Assembly: GCA_021792635.1 (NCBI GenBank)
Contig: JAJYUH010000002.1
Coordinates: forward strand, 234,313-298,312
Length of the DNA: 64,000 nucleotides
Origin: Natronospirales bacterium
Lineage (GTDB): Bacteria; Pseudomonadota; Gammaproteobacteria; Natronospirales; REEB76
Direction of reading: 5' to 3'
The translations under genes and the position numbers were made by a program. Shown here in pieces: positions 40,901 to 55,114 of this stretch. Every line of letters starts with the position of its first letter. Positions within the stretch are counted from its first letter, which is position 1. The notes under the pieces are model-generated. The model saw only the letters and a list, made by a program, of their open reading frames with translations, was not told where the DNA came from and made no database searches.

Positions 40901-43900
40901 ATGCGACTCAGTAAAATAAAAATGTCGGGATTCAAATCCTTCGTGGATCCCATCACCATCCATTTGCCCAGCAATCTCGTCGGTATCGTCGGCCCCAACG
41001 GCTGCGGCAAGTCCAACATCATTGACGCGGTGCGCTGGGTGATGGGCGAAAGCTCCGCCAAACAGTTGCGCGGCGACTCCATGGCGGATGTGATATTCAA
41101 CGGTTCCAGCGCCCGCAAGCCGGTCAGCACCGCGTCCATCGAATTGGTATTCGACAATTCGGATGGCGCCATCGGCGGCGAACTCGCCAATTACGCGGAA
41201 ATCTCCGTGAAACGCGAAGTGGTGCGCGACGGCACCTCCAATTATTTCCTCAATAACACCCGTTGCCGCCGTCGCGACGTCACCGATCTGTTCCTGGGTA
41301 CCGGCCTCGGGCCGCGCAGTTACGCCATTATTGAACAAGGCACCATCGCGCGCCTGGTGGAATCGAAACCGGAGGAATTGCGCATCTTTCTTGAGGAAGC
41401 CGCCGGTATCTCCCGGTACAAGGAACGGCGCCGCGAAACGGAAAGCCGTATCCACCACACCCGCGAAAACATCGAGCGCCTGAATGATCTGCTTGAGGAG
41501 GTGACCAAGCAGCTCCAGCATCTGCATCGTCAGGCGCGTGCCGCGGAACGGTATAAGGACCTGAATGAGGAAAAGCGGCGCGTGGAGGCCGAACTGAAGG
41601 CGCTGCACTGGCGCGAACTCGACACCCAGGTCGGCGGACAGGATCGTGTCATCCGTGAGCATGAGAATCTGCATGAGGCTGCAGTGGCGGAACAGCGTGC
41701 CATAGAAAGCGGGCTGGAAAAAATCCGGCAACATCACGATGAGGCCGGTGATGGCCTGAATGCGGTGCAGGGCCGTTACTATGAACTGGGTACCGCTATC
41801 GCGCGTCTGGAGCAATCCCTGCAGCACATGCGGGAATCGCGCAACCGGCAACAGAAGGATCTGGAGGAACTGGAGCAAAACCGCCGCGAGACCGAGGAGC
41901 ATCTCAATCGTGACCAGAGTCAGATCGCGCAGGCCAGCGACATGCTGGCGGAACTGGAACCCGCCCACGCACGCGCGGGCGAGGCGCAGCGGCATTCCGC
42001 CGCAGATCTCGCCGCAGCCGAGCATGCCATGCAGGTCTGGCAGGAACAATGGGAGACATTCAACGAAGAGGCGGGCGAAAAAACCCGCGTCTCGGAAGTG
42101 GGGCGGACGCACATCGAGCATCTGGAACGGCAGTTGCACCAGTTGCTGCAGCGCCGCAACAAGCTGCAGCAGGAACACGGCGGTTTGTCGGCGGGTAGCC
42201 TGCAAGGTGAAGTGGATGAGATCGGCCATGCACTGCAGCAATCCGCCGCGACGCAGAAGCAATTGCAGGTCGAACTTGCGGAGTCAGTCCGCGAGCTTGA
42301 GGCGCGCCGGGATGACGACCAGCGGCTGGTGAAAGAATTACACGCCCTGCGCAGCAGTCTGGAAGATCATCGCGGCCGGGTTGCTTCCCTGGACGCCCTG
42401 CAGCAGGCGGCCCTGGGCAAGAGCCGCACTCAGGTTACGCAGTGGCTCAAGAGCAAACATCTGGCCGATAACCCGCGACTGGCGGAACTCGTCAGTGTGG
42501 CGCCCGGCTGGGAGCGGGCGGTGGAAACCGTGCTCGGTTATCACCTGGAAGCGGTGTGCGTGGAGGAATTCAGTGAACGGGCGGCGGAGTTTTCCAGCCT
42601 GACGGGCGGCTCTCTTTCCTTTGTGGAGAAATCCGCACAGCCGCCCGCTGCGCCCGCGGGCAGCCTGCTGGGCAAGATTACCTCTCCGGTACCGCTGGAC
42701 GGGCTTCTCGGGCAGGTGCGGGTGGCGGAGAGCCTGGACGCGGCGCTGGCCATGCGTTCACGGCTTGCCGCAACCGAATCCGTTATCACAGGTGATGGTA
42801 TATGGCTGGGGCGGCACTGGGCGCGGGTGATTCGTGATCAGGACGAACGCGCCGGCGTGCTTGCACGGGAGCAGGAGCTCAAGCAGCGCAAGGCGGCGTT
42901 GGCGGACACTGAGCGCAGCGTGGAAACCCAGGGCCGGCAGCAGGAAACGGTGCGCCGGCAGCTCCGGGAGCTGGAAGCGCGCCGCGAGGAACTGCAGGCC
43001 GATGTGAACCGCGCTCACCGTCTGCATGCGGATACCCTGGCGCGACTCAAGACCGCCCAGGGACAACTGGAACAGATGTCCCAACGCAGGGAACGTCTGC
43101 TTGCCGAGACTGCCGAAGTGGATACACAGATTGCCTCCACAGAGGCGGAACTCAAGACGGCGCGCGGGCAATTGGAGATGACGCTCGACGCCATGCACGG
43201 GATGGAGACCCGCCGTGCCACCCTGCAGGAGGAGCGTGAAAGGCTGCGTACCTGCGTCGAGGAAGCGCGGGATCGGGCCCGCCTGGACGGTGAGGCCATG
43301 CACGAGATCGCCCTCAAGCTGGAGTCGCGACGCTCCTTGAAGGAATCCACCCGCGAGAATCTGTCGCGCATGCAAACTCAGTTGGCGCAGATGCAGGCGC
43401 GTTACGCCGGCCTGGTGCAGGCCATGCAGGACGCGGTGGAGCCGATGCGCCTGCAGGAAATGGAACTCAATAAATTATTGGGCAAGCGCGCCACCATGGA
43501 CACCGAGCTCGCCGGAGCGCGTCAGAAAGTGGAAAGCCTGGCGGATCAGGTGCGCGAATTCGAACAGAAACGGCATGCGTGCGAGCGCAAGGCTGAGGAG
43601 CTGCGCGATCAGGTGCAGCAACTGCGGCTCGGTACCCAGGAAGCACGCGTGCGGCGTGAAACCCTGGTAGAGCAACTGCAGCATGACGGCTATGATCTGC
43701 AGGAGGTGCTGGGCGCCATGCCGGAGAATGCCGATCTGCAGGCATGGTCGGAGAAGCTCGGCAGCGCCCAGCAGCGCATAGACCGCCTGGGCCCCATCAA
43801 TCTGGCGGCGATCCAGGAATATGCGGAGCAATCCGAACGCAAGCAGTACCTGGATTCCCAACTGGCTGACCTGAACGAGGCGCTTGCGACCCTGGGGGAT

Positions 43901-44401
43901 GCTATCCGCAAGATTGACCGCGAGACGCGCACGCGTTTCAAGGAAACCTTCGACAAAGTGAATACCGGGCTGCAGACCAGCTTTCCGAAATTGTTCGGCG
44001 GCGGTCACGCCTATCTGGAACTGACCGGCGAGGAACTGCTGGATGCCGGCGTGACCATCATGGCGCGGCCACCCGGCAAGCGCAACAGCACCATTCACCT
44101 GCTGTCCGGCGGCGAAAAGGCGCTGACGGCCGTGGCGCTGGTATTCGCCATTTTCGAGCTCAACCCGGCGCCTTTCTGCCTGCTGGATGAGGTGGACGCA
44201 CCCATGGACGAAGCCAACATCGGGCGCTTCTGTGATCTGGTGCGCGGCATGTCGAATCGCGTACAGTTTGCTTTCATCACTCACAGCAAGTCCACTATGG
44301 AGATGGCGAACCAGTTGGTCGGCGTCACCATGAACGAACCGGGCGTTTCCCGGCTGGTGGCTGTGGACGTGGATGAGGCGATACGTATCGCGGCCATGTG
44401 A
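40901..44401 (+). CDS. smc: Chromosome segregation protein SMC
   Basis: GPNGCGKSN, LSGGE, LLDEVDA; long coiled coils. Confidence 0.97.
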   Translation: MRLSKIKMSGFKSFVDPITIHLPSNLVGIVGPNGCGKSNIIDAVRWVMGESSAKQLRGDSMADVIFNGSSARKPVSTASIELVFDNSDGAIGGELANYAEISVKREVVRDGTSNYFLNNTRCRRRDVTDLFLGTGLGPRSYAIIEQGTIARLVESKPEELRIFLEEAAGISRYKERRRETESRIHHTRENIERLNDLLEEVTKQLQHLHRQARAAERYKDLNEEKRRVEAELKALHWRELDTQVGGQDRVIREHENLHEAAVAEQRAIESGLEKIRQHHDEAGDGLNAVQGRYYELGTAIARLEQSLQHMRESRNRQQKDLEELEQNRRETEEHLNRDQSQIAQASDMLAELEPAHARAGEAQRHSAADLAAAEHAMQVWQEQWETFNEEAGEKTRVSEVGRTHIEHLERQLHQLLQRRNKLQQEHGGLSAGSLQGEVDEIGHALQQSAATQKQLQVELAESVRELEARRDDDQRLVKELHALRSSLEDHRGRVASLDALQQAALGKSRTQVTQWLKSKHLADNPRLAELVSVAPGWERAVETVLGYHLEAVCVEEFSERAAEFSSLTGGSLSFVEKSAQPPAAPAGSLLGKITSPVPLDGLLGQVRVAESLDAALAMRSRLAATESVITGDGIWLGRHWARVIRDQDERAGVLAREQELKQRKAALADTERSVETQGRQQETVRRQLRELEARREELQADVNRAHRLHADTLARLKTAQGQLEQMSQRRERLLAETAEVDTQIASTEAELKTARGQLEMTLDAMHGMETRRATLQEERERLRTCVEEARDRARLDGEAMHEIALKLESRRSLKESTRENLSRMQTQLAQMQARYAGLVQAMQDAVEPMRLQEMELNKLLGKRATMDTELAGARQKVESLADQVREFEQKRHACERKAEELRDQVQQLRLGTQEARVRRETLVEQLQHDGYDLQEVLGAMPENADLQAWSEKLGSAQQRIDRLGPINLAAIQEYAEQSERKQYLDSQLADLNEALATLGDAIRKIDRETRTRFKETFDKVNTGLQTSFPKLFGGGHAYLELTGEELLDAGVTIMARPPGKRNSTIHLLSGGEKALTAVALVFAIFELNPAPFCLLDEVDAPMDEANIGRFCDLVRGMSNRVQFAFITHSKSTMEMANQLVGVTMNEPGVSRLVAVDVDEAIRIAAM

Positions 44402-44403
44402 CA

Positions 44404-47153
<2,750 letters not shown>

Positions 47154-47224
47154 TGCCCGAGGTACGCAGTTTGGATATAAAATATCCTCCCGCCGCCAGC
47201 GGGAAGATTAGCGGGAGATCGAGT

Positions 47225-47716
47225 GTGAGATACGCCGGGATAATTATGATGTTGATGCCGCTGATTGTCAGTGCCTGCAGCACCATCCTGACCCCGACCT
47301 TCGGTGTACGCCAGGGACAGTTGACGCCTTGCCCCCCGCGGCGTGATTGCATTTCCAGCCAGGAGGCGAATCCCAGCCGCCATATCGCGCCGCTGACATA
47401 CTCCAGCACGCGCCAGCAGGCGCGCAGCGACTTGCTGATTGCCATCAACGCGGCCGGTCATGCGCGTATTGTTTCCAGCCACCTCAACTATATCCGCGTC
47501 CAGTATCCGATCACCATAAAAACGAATCGTTCTTCGGAGTATTACTATCAGCCGGAAAATGCGGTGGATGAGGTGGAGTTCTATCTGGAGCCGGGTGAGC
47601 ACGTGATCGAAATGCGTTCCATCGCCCGCCTGGGGCTGCTGGATATCGGTGCAAACCGCGCGCGGCTTGAAAAGATCAGTACGGCATTCGACAGCCTGCA
47701 GCAGCGGCATGAGTAA
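47225..47716 (+). CDS. DUF1499-like lipoprotein (start uncertain)
   Basis: VSAC lipobox, LTPCP..CISSQ, VDEVEF, DIGANRAR. Confidence 0.72.
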   Translation: MRYAGIIMMLMPLIVSACSTILTPTFGVRQGQLTPCPPRRDCISSQEANPSRHIAPLTYSSTRQQARSDLLIAINAAGHARIVSSHLNYIRVQYPITIKTNRSSEYYYQPENAVDEVEFYLEPGEHVIEMRSIARLGLLDIGANRARLEKISTAFDSLQQRHE

Positions 47717-47820
47717 ACGGCGATCCGCCGTTTCCAGGTGCCGCGGAGATTGTGGAAAATATCGTAACTGCACACGCAGCGGGAATGGCCGTGCAAAATT
47801 CGCAGTGCAATCCGTCCGCT

Positions 47821-47860
47821 GAAATGAAAACGGCCAGCGCGAGGCTGGCCGTTTGATTTC
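47821..47860. terminator. Bidirectional terminator
   Basis: AAACGGCCAGC-GCGAG-GCTGGCCGTTT between convergent genes. Confidence 0.75.
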
Positions 47861-47877
47861 ATGTCCTTGCGGTTTAC

Positions 47878-48753
47878 TTACGGCTTTGGCGCAGCTTGCG
47901 TTGCGGCGGCCGGAGCGGCGGTCTGCGCAGTAGTGGCGCCGGACGTATTTATGCTCACCTTGGCGTCATGGCGCAACTGGTTGACGTAAGTTTCCACTTC
48001 CTTGCCTTCCAGGGAATTCATGAGCTGACTGCGCACCGAATCCAGGCTCGGCGGCGGCGTGGCGCGTTCGTCCTCCAGTTGAATGATATGCCAGCCGAAT
48101 TGGGTATGTACCGGCTGTTTGGTGTATTGACCTTTTTTGAGCTGTTCCACCGCCTGGGAGAAGGCCGGCACCATCTGGTCAGGGCTGAACCAGCCCAGTT
48201 CGCCGCCCTGATTCTTGGAACCATCAATGGAGTATTTTTTGGCCAGCATGGCGAAATTCGCACCATGGTTAAGCTGGTTGATAATGTCCTTGGCCTGTTG
48301 CTCGCTGGCCACGAGAATATGACGCGCGCGGTATTCCATGCTGGGCATGGTCTTGATGCGGGCCTGATATTCGGCCTTAATCTGGTCTTCCGTGATCGGG
48401 TGCCGGGTGAGGTACTGCCGCACCAACTGATTGGCCAGCAGGCCCGTCCGCTGGATTTTCAGATCCGCCGCCACTTTGGGGTCTTTTCCCAGGCCGGTCT
48501 TTTTGGCCTGTTGGGCCAGTACTTCCATATCCACGAGCCGGTCAAGCACGAGTTTGCGCTTCTGCGCGTCCAGTTGCGGCTCCTGGCCGCCAGCGAGACT
48601 GCGCACGTAGGCGCGGAACATGTCGTTGGTGATGGGTACACCATTTACCGTTGCCAGCACACTGGAGGTGTTGACGGCATTTTGTTTGCCTGAGCAGGCA
48701 GCCAGTGCGGCTACCGCGAGCATGAACAGGATGTAGCGAAGTGCGATACGCAT
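47878..48753 (-). CDS. PpiC/parvulin-type peptidyl-prolyl isomerase lipoprotein
   Basis: LAAC lipobox, ARHILV, GGELGW, TQFGWHII. Confidence 0.92.
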   Translation of the reverse strand: MRIALRYILFMLAVAALAACSGKQNAVNTSSVLATVNGVPITNDMFRAYVRSLAGGQEPQLDAQKRKLVLDRLVDMEVLAQQAKKTGLGKDPKVAADLKIQRTGLLANQLVRQYLTRHPITEDQIKAEYQARIKTMPSMEYRARHILVASEQQAKDIINQLNHGANFAMLAKKYSIDGSKNQGGELGWFSPDQMVPAFSQAVEQLKKGQYTKQPVHTQFGWHIIQLEDERATPPPSLDSVRSQLMNSLEGKEVETYVNQLRHDAKVSINTSGATTAQTAAPAAATQAAPKP

Positions 48754-48777
48754 GGAAGTTCCTCGTGGGGTGAAAAG

Positions 48778-49044
48778 CTAGGGGGATTCTCCGGGAGCCA
48801 GAGCCTTGATGCTCAGGGCATGGATCTCGGTCTGCAGCAGCTTGCCCAGCGCTGCGTAAATCATGCGATGCCGTTGCAACGGCGGTTGGGCCGCAAACGC
48901 GGGCGCGACGATGCGCACGGAATAATGGCCGCCACCTTCATGGGCATGACCGGCATGCCGGGTGCCGTCGTCGCGTATTTCCAACTGCAGCGGATGGAAT
49001 GCGGTTTCCAGCCGCTGGCGCAGTTGTTCGACGGGCGTATTCAT
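48778..49044 (-). CDS. bolA: BolA family protein
   Basis: HAGH, RHRMIY, IHALSI. Confidence 0.92.
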   Translation of the reverse strand: MNTPVEQLRQRLETAFHPLQLEIRDDGTRHAGHAHEGGGHYSVRIVAPAFAAQPPLQRHRMIYAALGKLLQTEIHALSIKALAPGESP

Positions 49045-49340
49045 GGCAGCACCTTGCGGAAAGGTTTTACGCTGACGCGCGCGTACACGCCCGCCGCCAC
49101 GTAGGGATCCGCATCCGCCCAGCTTCCGGCCTCAGCCAGGGAAGCGAATTCCGCCACCACCAGGCTGCCGCTGAATCCCGCCGGACCGGGGTCTTCGGCG
49201 TCAATGGCGGGATGCGGTCCGGCCAGCAGCAGCCGGCCCTGACGCCGAAGGTCCTCCAGCCGCTTAAGGTGGGCGGGACGCGCGGCAGCGCGTTTTGTCA
49301 GGCTGTCCGGCACATCCTCTGCGATGATGGCGTACCACAT
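49041..49340 (-). CDS. yciI: YciI family protein
   Basis: RPAHL, LLLAGP, ADPYV. Confidence 0.92.
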   Translation of the reverse strand: MWYAIIAEDVPDSLTKRAAARPAHLKRLEDLRRQGRLLLAGPHPAIDAEDPGPAGFSGSLVVAEFASLAEAGSWADADPYVAAGVYARVSVKPFRKVLP

Positions 49341-49342
49341 GT

Positions 49343-49879
49343 TCAGGATGCACGTTCCGCTTCGATATGCCGGCTCATGTAGAGCGCCTGCAGTACCACG
49401 AACGCCAGCATGGCTCCGGTGGACCACCACACCTTGAATTTCACCCACCCGGCGGTATCGAAGTGATACAGCACATAGACGTTCACGCTGCCCAGCAGCA
49501 GGAAGAAGCCGGCCCACATCAGGTTGAGCCGTTTCCAGACAACTGCGGGAAGTTTGATCTGCGCACCCAGCATGCGCTGTATGAGCGGACGCTGCATGAA
49601 GTGGGTGGCCAGGAACACCGCTCCGAACAGCCACTCGACGATGGAGAACTTCCACTTGATGAATACCGCATCGTGCAACAGCAGTGTCACGCCGCCCAGC
49701 ACCAGTGCCAGGAGGGTCACCGTCAGGGGCAACGGTTCGAGCTTGCGGGTGCGCCAGAAGGATACTGCCAGCAGCAGCACGCTGCCGGCCATGAGCACGC
49801 CGGTGGCGAAGAAGATGCCTTTCCAGAGATAGCTTGCAAAAAAGGCGGCGAGCAGCAGGAATTCCAGGGCGGCGGACAT
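49343..49879 (-). CDS. yciB: Inner-membrane septation protein YciB/IspZ
   Basis: GGVTL..HD..FIKWK, WVKFKV. Confidence 0.9.
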   Translation of the reverse strand: MSAALEFLLLAAFFASYLWKGIFFATGVLMAGSVLLLAVSFWRTRKLEPLPLTVTLLALVLGGVTLLLHDAVFIKWKFSIVEWLFGAVFLATHFMQRPLIQRMLGAQIKLPAVVWKRLNLMWAGFFLLLGSVNVYVLYHFDTAGWVKFKVWWSTGAMLAFVVLQALYMSRHIEAERAS

Positions 49880-49970
49880 GGACGGCTAGGGCGGCGGAAA
49901 AGAACGTTATCATAGCGTATTCGCCCGGTTCCCGGCGGACCCCCGTGGGGATTTTTCGGCCAATCAGCCC

Positions 49971-50597
49971 ATGAGCCAGTTTTTCAGCATCCACCCGCTG
50001 AACCCGCAAATACGGCTGGTGCGCCGCAGTGTGGATATTCTGCGGGCCGGAGGGGTGGTGGTGTACCCCACCGATTCCTGTTACGCCCTGGGCTGCCTGG
50101 TGGGCGACAAGGCAGCCATGCAACGCATCCGTGCCATCCGCGGAGCGGGACCCAGGCATAACTTCACCCTGGTGTGCCGCGACCTGTCCGAGATCGCCGT
50201 CTATGCGCGGCTGGACAACCCCACCTTCCGGCTGCTCAAGGCCCACACGCCGGGACCCTATACCTTTATCCTGCGCGCCACCCACGAAGTGCCGCGGCGG
50301 TTGCAGCACCCCAAACGCAAAACCATCGGCATTCGCGTACCGCAGCACCCTGTTCCCCATGCCATCCTCACGGAACTGGGTGAACCCATCATGAGCTCGA
50401 CGCTGATACTGTCGGGTGAGGATGTGCCGCTCACCGACCCGGAAGCGATGCGCGCGCGCCTCGAACATGCGGTGGAACTGGTGATTGACGGCGGCCCCTG
50501 CGGTTTCGAGCCCACCACCGTGGTGGACCTGACGGGCGACGTGCCGCTGATTATGCGTCTGGGGCGCGGTGATCCGGCGCCTTTTCAGACCAGCTGA
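49971..50597 (+). CDS. yciO: YciO (Sua5/YrdC family)
   Basis: [24 protein letters not shown]. Confidence 0.9.
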   Translation: MSQFFSIHPLNPQIRLVRRSVDILRAGGVVVYPTDSCYALGCLVGDKAAMQRIRAIRGAGPRHNFTLVCRDLSEIAVYARLDNPTFRLLKAHTPGPYTFILRATHEVPRRLQHPKRKTIGIRVPQHPVPHAILTELGEPIMSSTLILSGEDVPLTDPEAMRARLEHAVELVIDGGPCGFEPTTVVDLTGDVPLIMRLGRGDPAPFQTS

Positions 50598-50626
50598 AGA
50601 GACCGGCGGCCCTGTATAATGGGCCG

Positions 50627-51271
50627 ATGGCTCATTTCAACCTCGTCCAACTCATCATCATCTGGGGTCCGCCGGTACTGTTTGCCATCACGCTGCACGA
50701 AGTGGCGCACGGCTGGGTCGCGCGCCGGCTGGGGGATCCCACCGCGCAGATGCTCGGCCGCCTCACGGTCAATCCGCTGAAGCACATTGATCCCATCGGC
50801 ACCATCATTGTGCCGGCGTTGCTGCTGCTGTTTCATACCGGTTTCCTGTTCGGCTGGGCCAAGCCGGTGCCCATTTCGCCGCGCAATTTCAAGAACCCGC
50901 GCCGCGACATGGCCATCGTGGCAGCGGCCGGACCGGTGTCAAATCTGGGCATGGGCATCCTCTGGGCGCTTATCATGCGCGTCGCGCTGCTGCTGAAGCC
51001 GGTGTTCCCGTGGACAGCCCCGCTGATCTACATGGGGCTCGCCGGCGTGCTCATCAATATGGCCCTGATGATTTTCAATCTCATTCCCCTGCCGCCCCTG
51101 GACGGCGGGCGGGTGCTGGTGGGCCTGCTGCCACGTAACGCCGCTAATGTCGTGGATCGGATTGAACCCTACGGGTTTTTGATTCTTATCCTGTTGATGA
51201 TGGTAGGCGCATTCAATTTTGTGCTGGGGCCACCGGTGGACTGGCTGTCACACCTGCTGTTGGGCGGTTAA
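50627..51271 (+). CDS. Site-2 protease (M50)
   Basis: [15 protein letters not shown]. Confidence 0.92.
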   Translation: MAHFNLVQLIIIWGPPVLFAITLHEVAHGWVARRLGDPTAQMLGRLTVNPLKHIDPIGTIIVPALLLLFHTGFLFGWAKPVPISPRNFKNPRRDMAIVAAAGPVSNLGMGILWALIMRVALLLKPVFPWTAPLIYMGLAGVLINMALMIFNLIPLPPLDGGRVLVGLLPRNAANVVDRIEPYGFLILILLMMVGAFNFVLGPPVDWLSHLLLGG

Positions 51272-51290
51272 CTGTCATGGAGACCATCTG

Positions 51291-52508
51291 GTGAGTGCCA
51301 TGACCTCCGAGAATCAGCGCGTGCTGTCCGGCATACGTCCCACCGGGCGTATGCACCTCGGCCATCTGCACGGCGTGCTCAAGAACTGGCTGCGCCTGCA
51401 ACATGAGTATGACTGTTTCTTCTTTGCGGCCGACTGGCACGCGCTGACCACCCACTACGAACAGTCGCGGGATATCGAGGCCAGCATGTGGGACATGCTG
51501 GTGGATTGGCTGGCGGTGGGCGTGGATCCCGGCAAGGCGAAGCTGTTCATTCAGTCGCATATTCCGGAGCACGCGGAACTGCATCTGCTGCTGTCCATGG
51601 TGACGCCGCTGGGATGGCTGGAACGGGTACCCACTTACAAGGAACAGCAGGAACAGATCAAGGACCGCGATCTGTCCACTTACGGGTTCCTGGGTTATCC
51701 GGTGCTGATGAGCTCGGATATTCTGGTATACCGCGCCGGTTGGGTGCCGGTAGGCGAGGATCAGGTACCGCACGTGGAACTCACGCGTGAAATCGCGCGC
51801 CGCTTCAATCATGTATTCGGCCGCGAGCCGGATTTTGAAAGCCGGGCGGAGAGCGCCATCAAGAAACTGGGCAAGAAGAACGGCAAGCTGTATCAGGAGC
51901 TGCGCAAACGTTATCAGGAGCAGGGTGATGAACAGGCGCTGCAGACCGCGCAGGCGTTGCTGGCCGACAACCATAACCTGACTCTGGGCGATCGCGACCG
52001 GTTGACGGGGTATCTGGAAGGCGGTGGCCGGACGATTCTGCTGGAACCCCAGCCGCTGCTGACAGCAGCAGCGCGCACGCCGGGACTGGACGGCCGCAAG
52101 ATGTCGAAATCCTACGGCAATACCATCGGCCTGCGGGAAGACCCCGGGGAGGTGGAGGAAAAGCTGCGCACCATGCCCACGGACCCGGCGCGCGTGCGCC
52201 GCAGTGATCCCGGCAATCCGGAAAAATGCCCGGTGTGGGATTTTCACAAGATCTATTCCGACCAGAGCACCCGTGACTGGGCATGGAAAGGCTGCACCAC
52301 AGCCGGTATCGGCTGTCTCGAATGCAAGCAACCGGTGATTGAGGCGGTGCTCAGGGAACTCAAGCCCATACGCGAGCGCGCCCTGGAAATCGAGGCCAAT
52401 CCGGAGATGGTACGCAGCGTGATCAACCAGGGCTGCGAAGCGGCCCGCGAAGTGGCCCGCGACACCATGGATGGCGTACGCCAGGCCATGGGCCTGAATT
52501 ACCGGTGA
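51291..52508 (+). CDS. trpS: Tryptophan--tRNA ligase
   Basis: SGIRPTGRMHLGH, VPVGEDQ, KMSKS. Confidence 0.97.
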   Translation: MSAMTSENQRVLSGIRPTGRMHLGHLHGVLKNWLRLQHEYDCFFFAADWHALTTHYEQSRDIEASMWDMLVDWLAVGVDPGKAKLFIQSHIPEHAELHLLLSMVTPLGWLERVPTYKEQQEQIKDRDLSTYGFLGYPVLMSSDILVYRAGWVPVGEDQVPHVELTREIARRFNHVFGREPDFESRAESAIKKLGKKNGKLYQELRKRYQEQGDEQALQTAQALLADNHNLTLGDRDRLTGYLEGGGRTILLEPQPLLTAAARTPGLDGRKMSKSYGNTIGLREDPGEVEEKLRTMPTDPARVRRSDPGNPEKCPVWDFHKIYSDQSTRDWAWKGCTTAGIGCLECKQPVIEAVLRELKPIRERALEIEANPEMVRSVINQGCEAAREVARDTMDGVRQAMGLNYR

Positions 52509-53419
52509 CCGGCGGCATGCAGCAGCAACCAGGCGGGAATCCAGCGGCAGCGGCGGGCACGCCGGCGGCGACCGCGCCGCCGGCGGAGCATCCGCAGCAG
52601 GCGGAGATGCCGTTTGCCATTGTGCAGGGTGAGCCGGTTACCAGCCTGCCGCGGGATCTTTACATTCCCCCGGATGCGCTGGAAGTGTTTCTCGAGGCCT
52701 TCGAGGGGCCGCTGGACCTGCTGCTGTACCTCATCCGCCGCCAGAACCTTAACGTTCTCGACATTCCCATTGCGGAAATCACCCGCCAGTACATGGCGTA
52801 CATCGAACTCATGCAGGAGATGCGGCTGGAACTGGCCGCAGAATACCTGGTCATGGCGGCCATGCTGGCCGAGATCAAGTCACGCATGCTGTTGCCGCGG
52901 CTTCCCCCGGAGGATAGTGAAGAAGAGGATCCGCGTGCCGAACTGATACGCCGTCTGCAGGAGTACGAACGCTACAAGAGCGCGGCGGAGGATGTCGATG
53001 CACTGCCACGGGTCGGCCGGGATGTGTTCACTGCCGCTGCGGAGATGGGTGAGCGCAAGGTGATACGGCTGGTGCCGGAAGTGACCATGAGGGAACTGCT
53101 GATCGCCTTCAAGGACGTACTGCATCGCGCGGAAATGTTTTCCCATCATCATGTGCAGATGGAACAGTTGTCGGTGCGGCAGCGCATGGCGGATGTGCTG
53201 GCCAGCCTGCAGGAACGCGAGTTCCGCGAGTTCAGCAGCCTGTTCACGCCGGAAGAGGGCCGGCGTGGCGTGGTGGTGACATTTCTGGCGCTGCTGGAAC
53301 TGCTCAAGCAGACACTGATTGAACTGGTGCAGGCGGAGCCATTCGGCCCCGTACATGTGAAGGCCGCCGGTGCCACCGATGTGGATCTGTCATTGGTCAG
53401 GATTGAAGGAGAGGATTGA
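52505..53419 (+). CDS. scpA: Segregation/condensation protein A
   Basis: FEGPLDLLLYLI, TFLALLEL. Confidence 0.95.
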   Translation: MTGGMQQQPGGNPAAAAGTPAATAPPAEHPQQAEMPFAIVQGEPVTSLPRDLYIPPDALEVFLEAFEGPLDLLLYLIRRQNLNVLDIPIAEITRQYMAYIELMQEMRLELAAEYLVMAAMLAEIKSRMLLPRLPPEDSEEEDPRAELIRRLQEYERYKSAAEDVDALPRVGRDVFTAAAEMGERKVIRLVPEVTMRELLIAFKDVLHRAEMFSHHHVQMEQLSVRQRMADVLASLQEREFREFSSLFTPEEGRRGVVVTFLALLELLKQTLIELVQAEPFGPVHVKAAGATDVDLSLVRIEGED

Positions 53420-54135
53420 TGGCGGTGAAGACGATGCAGCTCAGGAACATCATCGAGGCCGCATTACTGGCGGCCGGGCGTCCCCTGAGCATTGATGAAC
53501 TTATGGCACTGTTCAGCGACGCGGAACGGCCGGAACGCGCCCGGGTGCGGGAGGCATTGGATGCACTGCAAAAGGAATTTTCGGAGCGGGGCATCGGACT
53601 CAAGGAAGTGGCCAGCGGCTTCCGTATCCAGGTGAAGCAGGAACTGGCACCGTGGATTGCCCGCCTGTGGGAGGAACGGCCGGCACGCTATTCGCGCGCG
53701 TTGCTGGAAACACTCGCACTGATTGCTTATCGGCAGCCCATCACCCGCGGCGAGATCGAGGATGTGCGCGGCGTCACCGTGAATCCGCATATCATGCGGA
53801 CGCTGCAGGAACGCGGCTGGATCCGCATGCTGGGTCATCGGGATGTACCGGGGCATCCCGAGATGTTCGGTACCACCAGGGAATTTCTCGATTACTTCAG
53901 TCTCCAGAGCCTGGACGAGCTGCCGACGCTGGCGGCGCTCAAGGACATTGACAGTCTCAATGTGGAACTGGACTTTGAAGATGAGGGCGTGCCGCGGCCG
54001 GTGGTGGCCGATGACGGCGGCGATTCCGCCACGGCGGAGGCACTTGGTGCTGATGCGGATGACGGCATCCTGCGGGCGGCAACCGATGCGCATGCTCCCG
54101 TGTCGGAACCCGCCCCCGACCCGGCGGAGCGGTGA
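53419..54135 (+). CDS. scpB: Segregation/condensation protein B
   Basis: ETLALIAYRQPITRGEIEDVRGV. Confidence 0.95.
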   Translation: MAVKTMQLRNIIEAALLAAGRPLSIDELMALFSDAERPERARVREALDALQKEFSERGIGLKEVASGFRIQVKQELAPWIARLWEERPARYSRALLETLALIAYRQPITRGEIEDVRGVTVNPHIMRTLQERGWIRMLGHRDVPGHPEMFGTTREFLDYFSLQSLDELPTLAALKDIDSLNVELDFEDEGVPRPVVADDGGDSATAEALGADADDGILRAATDAHAPVSEPAPDPAER

Positions 54136-54141
54136 GCCACT

Positions 54142-54990
54142 ATTAAACCGCAATACGCCAGGGTACACGCCGGTGCGCCGGAGCGCATCCAGAAATTCCT
54201 GGCGGCGGCCGGCCTGGGCTCACGGCGCGGGATTGAAGGCTGGATCCGCGCCGGGCGGCTGACGGTCAACGGCCGCCCCGCGCAGCTCGGTGACAGGATT
54301 ACCAACGCGGACCGCATCACGTTGGATGGCCGTCTGCTCAAGATGCTGGTGCATGCCACGCCGGATGAACGGCGTGTCCTCCTCTATCACAAGCCGGAAG
54401 GCGAACTCACCACCCGCAGGGATCCGGAAGGCCGACCCACGGTATTCGAGGCGCTGCCGCGTCTGCGCCGCAGCCGCTGGGTAGCGGTGGGCCGTCTCGA
54501 TACCAATACCTCGGGCCTGCTGCTGTTCACCACCGACGGTGAACTGGCCCACCGCCTCATGCACCCCGCACAGGAGATCGAGCGCGAATACGCGGTGCGG
54601 GTGCTGGGAAAAATAACCGATGAACAACTGGCTGCGCTTGTCGCGGGCGTGCGCCTGGAAGACGGCATGGCTAAATTCGACGCCATCCATGCGGCGGGCG
54701 GCGAGGGCGCCAATCACTGGTATCACGTCACTCTCAGGGAAGGCCGCAATCGTGAAGTGCGCCGCCTGTGGGAAGCCGTGGGCGTAACCGTGAGTCGCTT
54801 GATCCGCATCCGCTACGGCGCCGTCAGCCTGCCGCGCCAATTACCGCGCGGCGGCTGGCGCGATGCCACGGAGGGAGAACTGGCGGCGCTGCTTGCAGCC
54901 GCCGGCTTGCCTGTCGAAACGAAAGCCACTGTCCCCGCGCACACTGCCCGACGACCGCGCGTCCGGGGAAAAGTACGCAGAGCGGAATAG
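54142..54990 (+). CDS. rluB: 23S rRNA pseudouridine synthase RluB (no canonical start before the S4 domain)
   Basis: [17 protein letters not shown]4 domain, [22 protein letters not shown]; frame open from 54136. Confidence 0.85.
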   Translation: MKPQYARVHAGAPERIQKFLAAAGLGSRRGIEGWIRAGRLTVNGRPAQLGDRITNADRITLDGRLLKMLVHATPDERRVLLYHKPEGELTTRRDPEGRPTVFEALPRLRRSRWVAVGRLDTNTSGLLLFTTDGELAHRLMHPAQEIEREYAVRVLGKITDEQLAALVAGVRLEDGMAKFDAIHAAGGEGANHWYHVTLREGRNREVRRLWEAVGVTVSRLIRIRYGAVSLPRQLPRGGWRDATEGELAALLAAAGLPVETKATVPAHTARRPRVRGKVRRAE

Positions 54991-55114
54991 CGCAGCGTAT
55001 TCCGCCGTCTAAAGCGAGGCGCAGCCTCGTATGCACTTTGCAGGATTCCGCTGTTACCCGCCCAGTCGAATCCATTTTGATATATTTTCTGTGCGCGGCA
55101 CGCAGCACACCCCC

